DNA of 34,635 nt. Source: Nemertoderma westbladi (taxonomy: Eukaryota > Animalia > Xenacoelomorpha). The notes beneath the pieces were generated by a model. It did no database searches. It saw only the letters and a program-made list of their open reading frames with translations, and was not told the DNA's origin. Of the stretch, positions 25,001-34,635 are shown piece after piece. Every line of letters starts with the position of its first letter. The first letter of the stretch is position 1. Position numbers and translations under genes: made by a program. The stretch spans positions 1 to 34,635 of the forward strand of contig JAUCBJ010006920.1 in assembly GCA_032718475.1 (NCBI GenBank), given 5' to 3'.

Positions 25001-28000
25001 GCGGGTAGAGAATTACATAGGGGAGACGTCCGGGCGCCTCAGGAACAGAATGATGCAGCATCGCAGCTCCGTTCGCTGCAGAAATCGCAAGGAAGCCATT
25101 GGTGAGCATTTTCTCGACTTACACCATGGACAACATAGTATCGCACAGCCATTCACAATTCGTATAGTTCGCACATGCAAAGACTGGGCAGATAGGAAAA
25201 TAAGTGAGAAACATTTCATCCAGCAATTACACCCCACACTCAATACACAGTACGTGCAACCACATAACACTGGCTGGTAGGCAGTGCCGGTAAATATAAC
25301 ACTTTTCTGATTTGCACGCAATAATTTAATAATTTTTCGGACGCAAAATTTGTAATATTTAAATTTCTTCGGCTTCAAAATTACATTATATCCCGTTTTG
25401 TCATACTGTATGTTTGCGTTATACTGTAGTTCAGTGCTCTTCGTTCATTATACATACAGTGGTGCAGTCAGACAGTAAGTAGCATTAGTATTGTAGTAAG
25501 TAGTACCGGTAGCTGGTTGACAGTAGTCTAGTTTTTACATATGCATTTGTGAGTAATCTCCGTATGCCCTGATGAAGGCCTGTATTTATATTATTGTTTG
25601 TTTTGCAATCTATAATATAGTGGCTGAAATATTGGCAACTAAATTTTCTCTCGGTCATTCGATAATAGATCAGTCTCAACCTCCCCCCATTGATATGTTT
25701 CCACCGGTGACCCGGGCACGTAAGTTCATCTATGTTTCACAAATTACTCACTTGTAGGAACAGCAGTTGTTGTAGGAACTTCTGTACCTAAAACAAAATT
25801 AAAACATGATATTTATGGATCTCTGCAATATTATTCATATTTTAATCTTAACAAATAAAGCCAGTAAAGCTTAAAATTGTTTCACAAGTTACTCACTTGT
25901 AAGAACAGCAGTTGTTGTAGGAACTTCTGTACCTAAAACAAAATTAAAACATGATATTTATGAATCTCTGCAATAATATTCATTTTTTAATATTAACAAA
26001 TAAAGCCAGTAAAGCTTAAAATTGTTTCACAAATTACTCACTTGTAGGAACAGCAGTTGTTGTAGGAACTTCTGTACCTAAAACAAAATTAAAACATGAT
26101 ATTTATGGATCTCTGCAATAATATTCATATTTTAATCTTAACAAATAAAGCCAGTAAAGCTTAAAATTGTTTCACAAATTACTCACTTGTAGGAACAGCA
26201 GTTGTTGTAGGAACTTCTGTACCTAAAACAAAATTAAAACATGATATTTATGGATCTCTGCAATAATATTCATATTTTAATATTAACAAATAAAGCCAGT
26301 AAAGCTTAAAATTGTTTCACAAGTTACTCACTTGTAGGAACAGCAGTTGTTGTAGGAATTTCTGTACCTAAAACAAAATTAAAACATGATATTTATGAAT
26401 CTCTGCAATAATATTCATATTTTAATCTTAACAAATAAAGCCAGTAAAGCTTAAAATTGTTTCACAAGTTACTCACTTGTAGGAACAGCAGTTGTTGTAG
26501 GAACTTCTGTACCTAAAACAAAATTAAAACATGATATTTATGGATCTCTGCAATAATATTCATATTTTAATATTAACAAATAAAGCCAGTAAAGCTTAAA
26601 ATTGTTTCACAAATAATTACTCACTTGCAGCACCAAAATTACAAGTAGTGCACAATTTTCACAAAATTTGAAAGTTACATTTTTCGGCTAATTGTTTTTC
26701 AATACAGGTTTTCTGGGGCGCAAAATAGATTGGAAAATATGTAAAAATGAAATAGTTACTATAAATGGCTGTTCAGTCCTCTCTGCGTAGGAAAAAATGA
26801 AAAAAACAAGTAACCAGCACTTTTCAGTTTGAACACAAAATTTTTAATTCACTTATACGATGCTATAAATTCACATTTTTAGGTTTTCTTGGGCGCTGAT
26901 TCTAATGAAATACATTTCTAATATGCGAGATCATTGCAACTTGTATTTTTCGGCGTAATTTGGCAAATTTTGGTGCTAGCACCAAATTTCGTACCCATCA
27001 CCAAAAAGTACAAGTTTGCGATGTCCAGTGCTGATTTTATTGATTCCATCGGATTCAGGACGCTCATAAACCGGTATAACGCAAGAAACAAGATAATACT
27101 ATCTTGTGATCAGTTTGTTTATTTTCCAAAATTTGGTGCTGGCACAACAATTTTCACCCACCGGCGAAAGATACACGTTTGACAACTCTTATGAAATTTT
27201 TACTGATTCCATTGAATTCAGAACCCTCACAAACCCGTATAACGCAAGAAACAAGGTTACACAATCAATTGATGTATTTGATGGATTTCAAATTTCAGTG
27301 CTAGCACCACATTTTGCACCCACTTCCGAAAAATACAAGTTTGATATGTCTAGTTTGATAATTATATATTCCATTGAATTCAGAACACCCATAAACCTCT
27401 ATAACGCAAGAAATAAATTGTTACAAGCAATTTTATCTATTGAATGGATTTTCAAAATTTCGTGCTAGCACCAAAATTTGCACACAGCACCGAAAAATAC
27501 AAGTTTGATACGCTTGGTGCAACTCGTATATATTTCATCGAAACCAGAACCCTAAAAAACCCCAATTGCGCAAAAACAAGTTTCAAACAATCTATTTACA
27601 AAATTGACATATTTCAAAATTTGGTGCTGGCACCAAAATTTGGCACCCGCCGAAAAAAACTGGTTTGAAATTTCTAAATCAATTTATATGAATTCCATCC
27701 AATTGCTAACACCAAAAAACCGGTGTAAATCAAAAATAGAGATGTTACAATTCATATTTAATGAAATGTAATTTTCAAAAAACGCCTCAAAAAAAGTGCC
27801 AAAAGTAGGGTTAAAAAATAGTGCTATAACTCGAAAACTACCCGATATTTTTGAAAATGGTTTTCACTACTAGGAAGACAATAGATTTTTAGGAAAAGTC
27901 ATAAAATTTAAGATACTCAACTGCGTTTGTTTCAGAATTATAATAAAAAAACCACGGGGGGGTCATATTGACCCCCCCCCCCCGGGTTTAATAGGGTTAA

Positions 28001-30902
28001 CATGTTATAAAGCCAGTAAAGCTTAAAATTGTTTCACAAGTTACTCACTTGTAGGAACAGCAGTTGTTGTAGGAACTTCTGTACCTAAAACAAAATGATA
28101 AAGCAACATGATTATACATTTTTTAGGATCTAGTGTGATCCCTCCACCATATGACACAATGTAAGAAGAACCGTCAGTAATAGACGATCATGTCTTTAGA
28201 CAAGATCATTGAGCGGTTGATCCAATAGATGCCAGTAAATAATTATTGAGACGATTATATCTTCCATATTGGGGTATAAACCGAACAATATCAAGAGCAT
28301 CAGGACAATATTTTTTGTACAGAAATGCTCAGGGATATTGCTAATGTCATTAATGGCTGTATTATTTCGGAATATACTTTTGCATTGAAAAAAATTTTTA
28401 ATTGCTGCATCTAACATTAATAGTGTAAACTAGACATCAACTGAAAGTCCTGTCAAATTTAGAGTAATGCACCATAATCTAAGTGCATGCATTTTTATTG
28501 TAGTACTAACAATTTCGCATCTAATTTAGCACTTGGAATTGGAATTCAAGCACCCAGCCAACCAGTCGCCTTCCATCTGGAGTTAGTACACGAACGCCCA
28601 ATAGGTTCAGCACACTAACACACTAACACAGTTCGGCATACCGATGCCCATCAAGTAGGGCACAGCAACACCTAGCGAGTCTGAAACACCAATGCCGTGT
28701 GTTCGGACACTGACCTCCCACGAGTAGTCTCTGCAGTAATGATTCTGTGGTCCGAACCAATTCGGTTGAATGATCTGTATGCCTCACAGCTAATCATGTT
28801 GTTCCTCCACTTTTTGTTTATAAGGATGTAATCCAGTTGAGCTTTGGTTCCATTAGGGTATGGAAAGGTCCACAGTTTCCCTTTATTCTTTTCGAATGCT
28901 ATTTGTTGAAATCAATTCTTCACATTCTTCCATTAGGCGTAAGCACCCATTTCTGTTAGAACTGATGTTATAGGTGTAACCCTTGATGTCTTCTGGGCCA
29001 GTGTACGCATTCAGGTAAACAGCAATCGACAAGTCCAGTCAGATCTTCATAAAACTAGTCTGCTTGTTTTGGCTCTGATGCAATGGCTTGACTGTAATAA
29101 CATATTCTATCTATAATCGGCCTGCTGCATTGAAGCTGCACATTGAGATGCCGGCTTAACAAAAATACTTTGCCACCACCATGCAATCCACAATTGGCAA
29201 GCCCAATGAAGCATGCATTAAAACTGCTATGCTGCATATTATATATTACTGTAACTAAAATAACAATTAAAATAAAATAAGTAATCAATAAATTGACATA
29301 ATTTATTCAAAAATTGAAACAAACTGCTGTACAGACATGCACTATCAGTGATCAGCTGAGAATGATCAGTACAACTTGTGTGTTGGAAATACTTACCAGG
29401 AACTTGGATTTTCATTTTTGCTTTGAGTGCAGACGTTGTAAAATGCGACCAGCGAATACCTTGAGCTATTCCGTTGACTACAGATAACCCATAGCCACCA
29501 TTTAATGCTGCCCTACCACATTTTCTATACCACCATCCTCCTCCATACTGAGCATTTGCGCAATTACCAGTGAAGGGATCATTATCTTTACCAATCGTTG
29601 TGAATTTCGTTCCAGTGTGGATACCGTTTGGATAACTTGGTTGCTTTGTTGTTAGAGCATCATAATAGCTAGTTGGGTCATCTGTATCATTATATCCATG
29701 TGCGTACAACCTATAATCTGTACTACTTTCATCTACTTGAAAGTGGGAATAGGTTGCTTGCATATATTCCCAATTCTCATCACAAACTTCAACCTTCAAT
29801 GTGACTCCGTCCTTGGTGAGGTTATGGATGCTATCGAGACCCAGCCAAAAGTTGGTGCTGAGATCTCCAAATCCATTCTGGTAATCGTCCCAGCCGCGTT
29901 GGAAGTTTATATCTGCATTGATTCGGCGCTGAATGACTATCCAAGGCCCGTCATCATCCTGGATGAGTTGTTGGCCATTCAGTCCGTTTGTATTCGTAGA
30001 GACAATAGTCCCAGAAGGATACCCTGTTGTGCAGAAATCACCTTAATGTTAAAAATGAAATTATTAATGGGAGAATCTTTTAGGCTAATTGAGCCAAGGA
30101 ATGCCTGTTAAACACTGTAATCTTCCATAGTAAACCCTTCCACTCTGTATCCCATGTTCCAATTTATCGACAAGTTAAGGATAAAAGCCAGGGCTGGTCT
30201 AGGCTGCAGTAGTTAAAGCACTGTCAGCTCCCCAAACAGTGCTGCCCCATCTAGGGATTGAACCAGGAATTCCTGATTGGAAACTCAGGAATATCACACT
30301 AGACCAAAATTTTCTTGGTTTAAAAATGAAATCTTTTAATTCATATTAGTGTATATATTATATAATAATAAATGAAAAATATATATAGCATTCTGTATTC
30401 GCTAATTTATCTAGCATCTTCTTAGCAATATATTACTTAATATACTAAATCTTAACTGGTGGAATGTGAATACTACTGCTAGAAGGGAGGTGCCTGATTC
30501 GATTCCATCCCAAGCCAGTTTCATGAGAACCAGTCTTTTCTGGCGGAATAACTAAAATATTGGACAGTTATCGAGTGTTCAACCTTTGGAGGTAGTTTGG
30601 CGCCCTCCTTGACTTACAGGTAAAAGCCAAGAGAGAGAAGAGCTGTTGGGTTGCCTCCGGAGTTTAGTGTTACCCTTTAACCGCTAACATTACTTTACAT
30701 TTATATACATTGATTTCACGTGCATTTAAATTTAACGCTTAATGTTTAGACAAAGCTTACCAGCATCCATTCGTTTCTTTAATTCTATATTTAGTGAATT
30801 GCCATCATCAGCCGCTATGACCACAGGTATGGGTCCCAGTAGGGCCATAATTAATATGCATGATACATTCGCCCTCTCACTGGTCCTATTATTAGGTGAC
30901 AT
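18292..30902 (-). CDS. Spliced host gene: signal peptide, fibrinogen-related domain, micro-exon mucin stalk, SEA-like modules, GPI-type tail (one internal stop)
   Basis: Exons 30902-30761, 30023-29397, 28084-28049, 26512-26477, 26367-26332, 26222-26187, 26077-26042, 25932-25897, 25787-25752, 22966-22931, 22821-22783, 19034-18292. All junctions GT-AG and phase 1; 1839 nt in frame with a single internal TAA at 18858-18856. Confidence 0.75.
19255..22253. mobile_element. Non-autonomous TTAA-type DNA transposon (Kolobok-like termini), split by the RTE LINE
   Basis: Left TTAA|GGGGGGATAACCATTTT; right AAAATGGTGTA(C)26|TTAT; imperfect TIRs, right target site altered. Confidence 0.6.
19479..21835 (+). 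mobile_element. 5'-truncated RTE-clade LINE (APE endonuclease plus RT), inactivated
   Basis: GDLNAQIG, LDYIL, SDHR; PKKGDL, NYRGI, FVDFKKAFDS, GVLQGDTLAP, FADD. Stop at 20113 and frameshifts near 20415 and 21487. (TAG)5 tail starts at the stop codon; TSD GAATCTAATCAC at 19467-19478 and 21836-21847. Confidence 0.95.
22255..22535. repeat. 23-bp minisatellite, about 12 copies
   Basis: Unit TATGTACATCTCCTTGGTTAGAG with variants cycling CCT/CCA/ACT; starts at the right end of the TTAA transposon. Confidence 0.95.
23164..25280 (+). CDS. Penelope-like reverse transcriptase plus GIY-YIG endonuclease (N-terminally truncated)
   Basis: LSKGPQFA, LYGNPKTHKPGEPMRPI, SLDIVSMYTNIP, QKDGMGMG, RFYDDG, IPFLDV; Cys-rich linker (Neptune-like); VIY..C..C..YIGET..R..R..QH, E..FI..L.PTLN. 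The first 27 residues of the track ORF come from the inverted pLTR. Confidence 0.95.
25565..25637 (+). ncRNA. Minimal type I hammerhead ribozyme in the PLE pLTR
   Basis: TGCC-CTGATGA-A-GGCC[extended stem II]GGCT-GAAA-TATT-GGCA: core boxes at 25569-25575 and 25626-25629, stem I TGCC/GGCA, palindromic AATATT in place of stem III. Confidence 0.8.
26628..27996. mobile_element. Non-autonomous piggyBac-like DNA transposon, left end deleted, with internal ~163-bp repeats
   Basis: Right end GGGGGGGTCATATTGACCCCCCCCCCCCGGGTTTAATAGGG|TTAA, inserted at the TTAA of an array intron; five palindrome-centred units near 26966, 27129, 27290, 27455 and 27616. Confidence 0.75.
28730..29027 (-). mobile_element. 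Decayed endonuclease fragment of the same RTE family as 19479-21835
   Basis: Reverse complement matches ~19497-19800, e.g. TGGCCCAGAAGACATCAAGGGTTACACCTATAACA and TTGGTTCGGACCACAGAAT. Confidence 0.9.
29397..30023 (-). CDS. Fibrinogen C-terminal-related domain (FReD) exon
   Basis: Acceptor acaacag|GG, donor G|gtaagt, 627 nt; WIVIQRR, FQRGWDDYQNGFG, FWLGLDSIHNLT, KFTTIGKDND..NCA..GGGWWYRKC..ALNG. Confidence 0.95.
30241..30306 (-). mobile_element. tRNA-derived SINE head or tRNA pseudogene in intron 1
   Basis: Minus strand TGGTCTAGTG (A box)...CCTGA/TCAGG stem...GGTTCAATCCC (B box); no acceptor stem pairing. Confidence 0.55.
30761..30902 (-). CDS. First coding exon with signal peptide
   Basis: MSPNNRTSERANVSCILIMALLGPIPVVIAADDGNSLNIELKKRMDA(G), donor G|gtaagc, phase 1 matches the FReD exon. 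Confidence 0.75.
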
Positions 30903-31579
30903 AAGGCCAACTCACTGATAGTCTTTATTGGCACCAAAAAAGCAGTAATTTTACTCAATTATATGAAAAAAAAACAATTAATGAATGTACAATAAATTAT
31001 GTTGTATACTGTTGTACCAGTGTTCTACATGATAAGATTATATGTATCTCCATGTAGGTTATGTTATAAATGTTCATGTGTGACATAAGAAAACATGGAA
31101 AGAAGATATGGATTTTACTGCATAAGATTATACAAGCTCACCCTTAAGTTCACTACAATGAATCCTCATAACCTCACAGTACTAACTCAAGGATTATCTT
31201 CATTACATATTAGCTCTTAAACTTGGCAAAATTCGATTACTGTAGAGATGCCTCAGCGTGTTATCAATAACATATGCTGATGTTACTATGCTTACTGCAG
31301 TGCGAATGCAAACACCAAACGACATCTACATGATTGAATGTGGATTCCGTACTGTCTGTACAGTGTATATTGTTCCTAAAGAAAATAATATTTGCACACA
31401 CAAACCTCGACGTCATCTCCCCCCAAATATATTAAATCAGTAAAGAACCAAAAAAAAGTTTTTATCTCATAAGACTGATCATCAGATTCACGACGAAGAT
31501 AAGTAAAGTTAAATTGTACGTCGATAGTTCAGGATGCTTATGTAGGTTTTAACAGCACTAAATGATTATATTAATACTT

Positions 31580-31800
31580 TAACTCATTCAGAGAATAAAC
31601 GGAAGATCTATCCTTTGAGGGTTATGCATGGTTTGCTCAGCGAAGATCTCTCACTAACATAAATACAAAACGTTCCTCGGGTTGTGTTGGGTTATTTATT
31701 CGTAGGAATCGTCTAAATGTCCATAAATTAAAGATCGTTGATAAAATGACGGTCTTTTATGTTAATTGAATCTAAAAAGTCTGACTACTCCTTGTTATTA
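31580..31800 (+). mobile_element. Decayed LINE AP-endonuclease N-terminal fragment
   Basis: Translates DLSFEGYAWFAQRRSLTNINTKRSSGCVGLFIRR, resembling the GY.WF...GGVG.FI motif of LINE endonucleases. Confidence 0.55.
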
Positions 31801-32329
31801 ATTGCCTCGAAAAACAATGGCACAGACATTTGAACTGTTTAACTGCTAGATGTTAAACAAAACCTTCATGTTACCAGACTTAAAGCAGGTGTATATTATC
31901 CTCTCGCTTCGAAACCATGACCATGGCATCATTGAGAATATTTGTTCATCAAACAGAGCCTAGTACATTGTTCGATATATATTTCCTATTGCCTATCAAT
32001 AGCTGATAAGTCCAGTGACCGTTGTACAATATCTACTGTAAAATCCCAACAATCGGGCCTAAAATAATAGATGCCGAAGTACACAAACTGCTACTAGCGA
32101 GATCGGTGCATAATGTCTTCCCCTAAACTTGGGCGAATCAATTGCCCGGGCTAACTTGACAATCAGGGTGACCGGTCCCTAACCGGAGAGGCAGAAATAC
32201 AGTCTACAGCAACAGACCAAACTAGCGAGAAAACAATCCCCGCGCAGCGAATCCTAACTACCACTAATGGACCTAAACTACTGTAGACTTGCCGCGGTGT
32301 GATTTATATCACACCGATTTACTTCACAT

Positions 32330-32628
32330 CACTGTGAGGGCTATACTGCCTTTACAGAAGTAGTTAAGTTAGCAGCTGCAGAAACAGTTCCTGTACACCC
32401 TCGAAACAGGAAAAGGGCCCCCTGGACTGACAACAAAATTCAGAAGTGCCGAAATGACCTTCATAAGGCGCAGAAAGAGTCCCGACTCAAACAGACTACA
32501 GCGGCCAAGAATGCAGTTAAGGCTGCATCTAGGTCCCTGAACAGGCAGTACTCTGTTAATCTACAGGAGCTAATAAACCAACAGGTTGATGCCATCAATG
32601 ATGCTGACGACAGCAGGCAATCATCCCA
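32330..32628 (+). mobile_element. RTE-like LINE endonuclease-RT linker fragment, interrupted by the LTR at 32629
   Basis: Open frame YTAFTEVVKLAAAETVPVHPRNRKRAPWTDNKIQKCRNDLHKAQ...INQQVDAINDADDSRQS parallels AHKESAKRHIPQKPKQKQYVPWQ...IEDKTETI in the RTE at ~20000. Confidence 0.6.
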
Positions 32629-34635
32629 TGTAAAAGCTTTTGCGGATATAATCAGTCCCCTTGCCCGCAAAGTACCGTGTGGGTGTTTTAACGGACATAA
32701 AAGTTGTTTTTCTATATGTGTGCTTTGGAGGACATGGCAAGATACAAAACCCGCAATGCGTCAAATCCTCTAGCACAGTGTAGCCTTGATGATTCAGATT
32801 ACGACATCTAACAGCTGGTTGCTGGCATGGAAACGGCCGTTGGACACATGGTTCTTTGTTCAGCTTAACAGCCAATCAGAGCGATTTTTACTTTAGATGT
32901 GGAGATATTCTACAGATCGTACTAGGCGTGTTCAGTCTTACAGTGTTATAGTTTTGTTGTTTCTATCTAGGCCAAGAACACCGGCTCTAGAGTCAATTCG
33001 TTTCAGACTTTAGAAGAAACATTAGTAGGCTTAGATTATAGAGCGTATAACTGTTATCAGTCTTATCAGCGGTCCAGCGGTACAATCGTACATTGTTATA
33101 ATCTTAACCTACCGTCTTAATGCTTTTTACTGTTGTTATTATTTATATCAGTTGGTTGAATATTATTACTTGGAGAACATCGATAAATAACCCAAATTTC
33201 CCAATTTTCTTGATACACTACAGGTTAGAGAGACAGGTTACATATAGCGATTGCGACTTATATTATCGTGGTTTGTAGTGAATTTAATGCTATTTGATAG
33301 GCACTACATGAGTCAATTGCTGTTCTCTTTATGTATGATAAAATTCATTGACGGTCGGCAGATTAGTGTGCAGTATTGTGCAGTACCGGTAGTGTGCATG
33401 ATTGTGGCTGATAACTAAGCATTTCCTAAAGAATGCGCCTCATACGTGAATCATAAGCCTTACCGTCTTACCGTTGTGTTTAGTATAAGTCATATCTCTG
33501 TTTACCTAGATAGAGCGCCACATCCTAAAAGGAACTGTTAATATTTCCCGAAAGTGAATAATATTCGTCAGAGATTATTTATTAACGATCAATCGAATAA
33601 TACAGTAAGCTTACACTGCAATAAAATCTAAGCCCTCCGAATCCAGTCTCCCGGGTATATCCAGCGGGTGAATGGACGCGCACTAGGCTGGCTTCGGCTA
33701 ATGTTGTGTTTATTGGTATTAAATACTTGTCATATGTTAAAGTCTATTTATAAACCAAAGACATATAAATTTTGGCAGGTTAAACTGCTAAAGGTCTTCA
33801 AAAGCGCGTACAATAACAGTTATTTTCTTTATTGCAGTAAGCAATAAAGTTGAAAGTACCGGTCGACCGGTAAACCTGAACCGGTACTGCTGTAGGTCCG
33901 TAGGCCCAACTGCTTGAACCGGTACTGCTGTAGGTCCGTGGGCCCAACTGCCAGAATCGGTACTGCTGTAGGTCCGTAGGCCCAACTGCTTGAACCGGTA
34001 CTGCTGTAGGTCCGTAGGCCTAACTGCCTGAACCGGTACTGCTGTAGGTCCGTAGGCCCAACTGCCAGAACCAGTACTTCCAGTATAAGTACATTAGTAT
34101 TATTCGATTTTGATTATTGTATATCGGTAGGTCTTAGTACTTAATCAGGGAACGGCCGCCCTGGTTTTTTATTGAGATTTTACTTATTTCTGTCGGTTTT
34201 ATTTACATGTAAGTTAATATTGAGCAGAAGACGTGTAAGTCTGCTCAGATTGTTCAGATAATTGTAGGCTGGACTCTTGTCGGACTGTTGTTGGGTCTGG
34301 AGAGATTGCGGCGTGTGTAGAGTCTGTCCGATAAAGTGCCAGTTAGTAAGTTGGGGCATCCAGAGTTGTAAGGTCAACCCCCTCCTAAAGAATAAGTCGT
34401 ACTACCGTGTTAGAACGCATACTAACTAACCATTTTGGAATCTGCATATACTGTAGTTTATTTAGGCTTGATAGTAGTCTACCAGCGTTTTAGCCTGTGT
34501 TTGTTTGTGTGGTCTGTTCAGGTACCGTAATAGTTATTACTCAGATATTTTGTAGGCTGGATTGTTGTCTGGCTGTTGTTGGGTCTGGAGAGATTGCGGC
34601 GTGTGTAGAGTCTGTCCGATAAAGTGCCAGTTAGT
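32629..34635 (+). mobile_element. LTR of the same family as 2415-5341, running off the right edge
   Basis: Starts TGTAAAAGC; shared blocks with the reverse complement of the left copy include TTTTAACGGACATAAAA, ATCTTAACCTACCGTC, TGATACACTACAGGTTAGAGAGA, TAATATTTCCCGAAAGTGAATAATATT and GGCAGGTTAAACTGCT. Confidence 0.85.
33878..34078. repeat. 38-bp minisatellite, five copies plus a partial
   Basis: GAACCGGTACTGCTGTAGGTCCGTAGGCCCAACTGC(TT/CA/CT) at 33878, 33916, 33954, 33992 and 34030. Confidence 0.95.

Larger units (their letters stand above)
23071..25732 (+). mobile_element. Penelope-like element, 5'-truncated with inverted partial pLTR, recent insertion
   Basis: TSD TGTTTCACAAATTA at 23057-23070 and 25733-25746; 23070-23163 is the exact reverse complement of 25598-25691; uninterrupted RT+GIY-YIG ORF. 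Confidence 0.95.
22770..28096 (-). repeat. 145-bp tandem exon+intron array (segments 22770-23070, 25733-26627, 27997-28096)
   Basis: Unit on minus strand: ttttaattttgttttag|GTACAGAAGTTCCTACAACAACTGCTGTTCCTACAA|gtgagtaa, a 36-nt exon plus a 109-nt intron; nine intact exons and one truncated at 26625-26627. Confidence 0.92.

Noticed and set aside
26960-27700. CRISPR-like array of palindromic repeats
   Set aside because: The intervening ~140-bp segments are homologous to each other, there are no cas genes, and the context is a eukaryotic transposon.
29239-29396. C-terminal extension of the 186-aa FReD ORF
   Set aside because: Read-through into the intron past the G|GTAAGT donor at 29397/29396.
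30241-30520. Functional tRNA genes at 30241-30306 (-) and ~30455-30520 (+)
   Set aside because: Only A/B-box-like remnants; 8-nt anticodon loop and no acceptor stem; the second is too degenerate to call.
3400-34635. Giant element bounded by long terminal inverted repeats (left 3.4-5.3 kb versus right 32.6-34.6 kb)
   Set aside because: The copies are clearly diverged, their shared termini face inward and each interrupts different sequence; two independent insertions fit better.

Overview
AT-rich animal (probably invertebrate) genomic DNA, mostly transposon debris and tandem repeats; no prokaryotic features. One host gene can be assembled by eye on the minus strand (30902->18292), with all introns phase 1 and GT-AG. 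It has a signal-peptide exon and a 627-nt fibrinogen-related (FReD) exon. Nine 36/39-nt micro-exons follow, each encoding a TEVPTTTAVPT(S) mucin-like unit and lying in a 145-bp exon+intron tandem array. A terminal exon encodes two SEA-like modules, a Thr-rich spacer and a GPI-type tail, with one in-frame TAA. The introns hold a recent Penelope-like element (RT+GIY-YIG, inverted pLTR, hammerhead ribozyme, 14-bp TSD), an RTE LINE nested in a TTAA DNA transposon, a piggyBac-like remnant and LINE/SINE fragments. An ~8.2-kb 41/42-bp satellite starts just past the stop codon. Both window ends carry diverged, outward-facing copies of an LTR-type element starting TGTAAAAGC, with an apparently ~2.9-kb LTR. 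The left copy is nested in a related LTR that truncates an intronless C2H2/acidic ORF. All calls are from reading the sequence; no searches were run.
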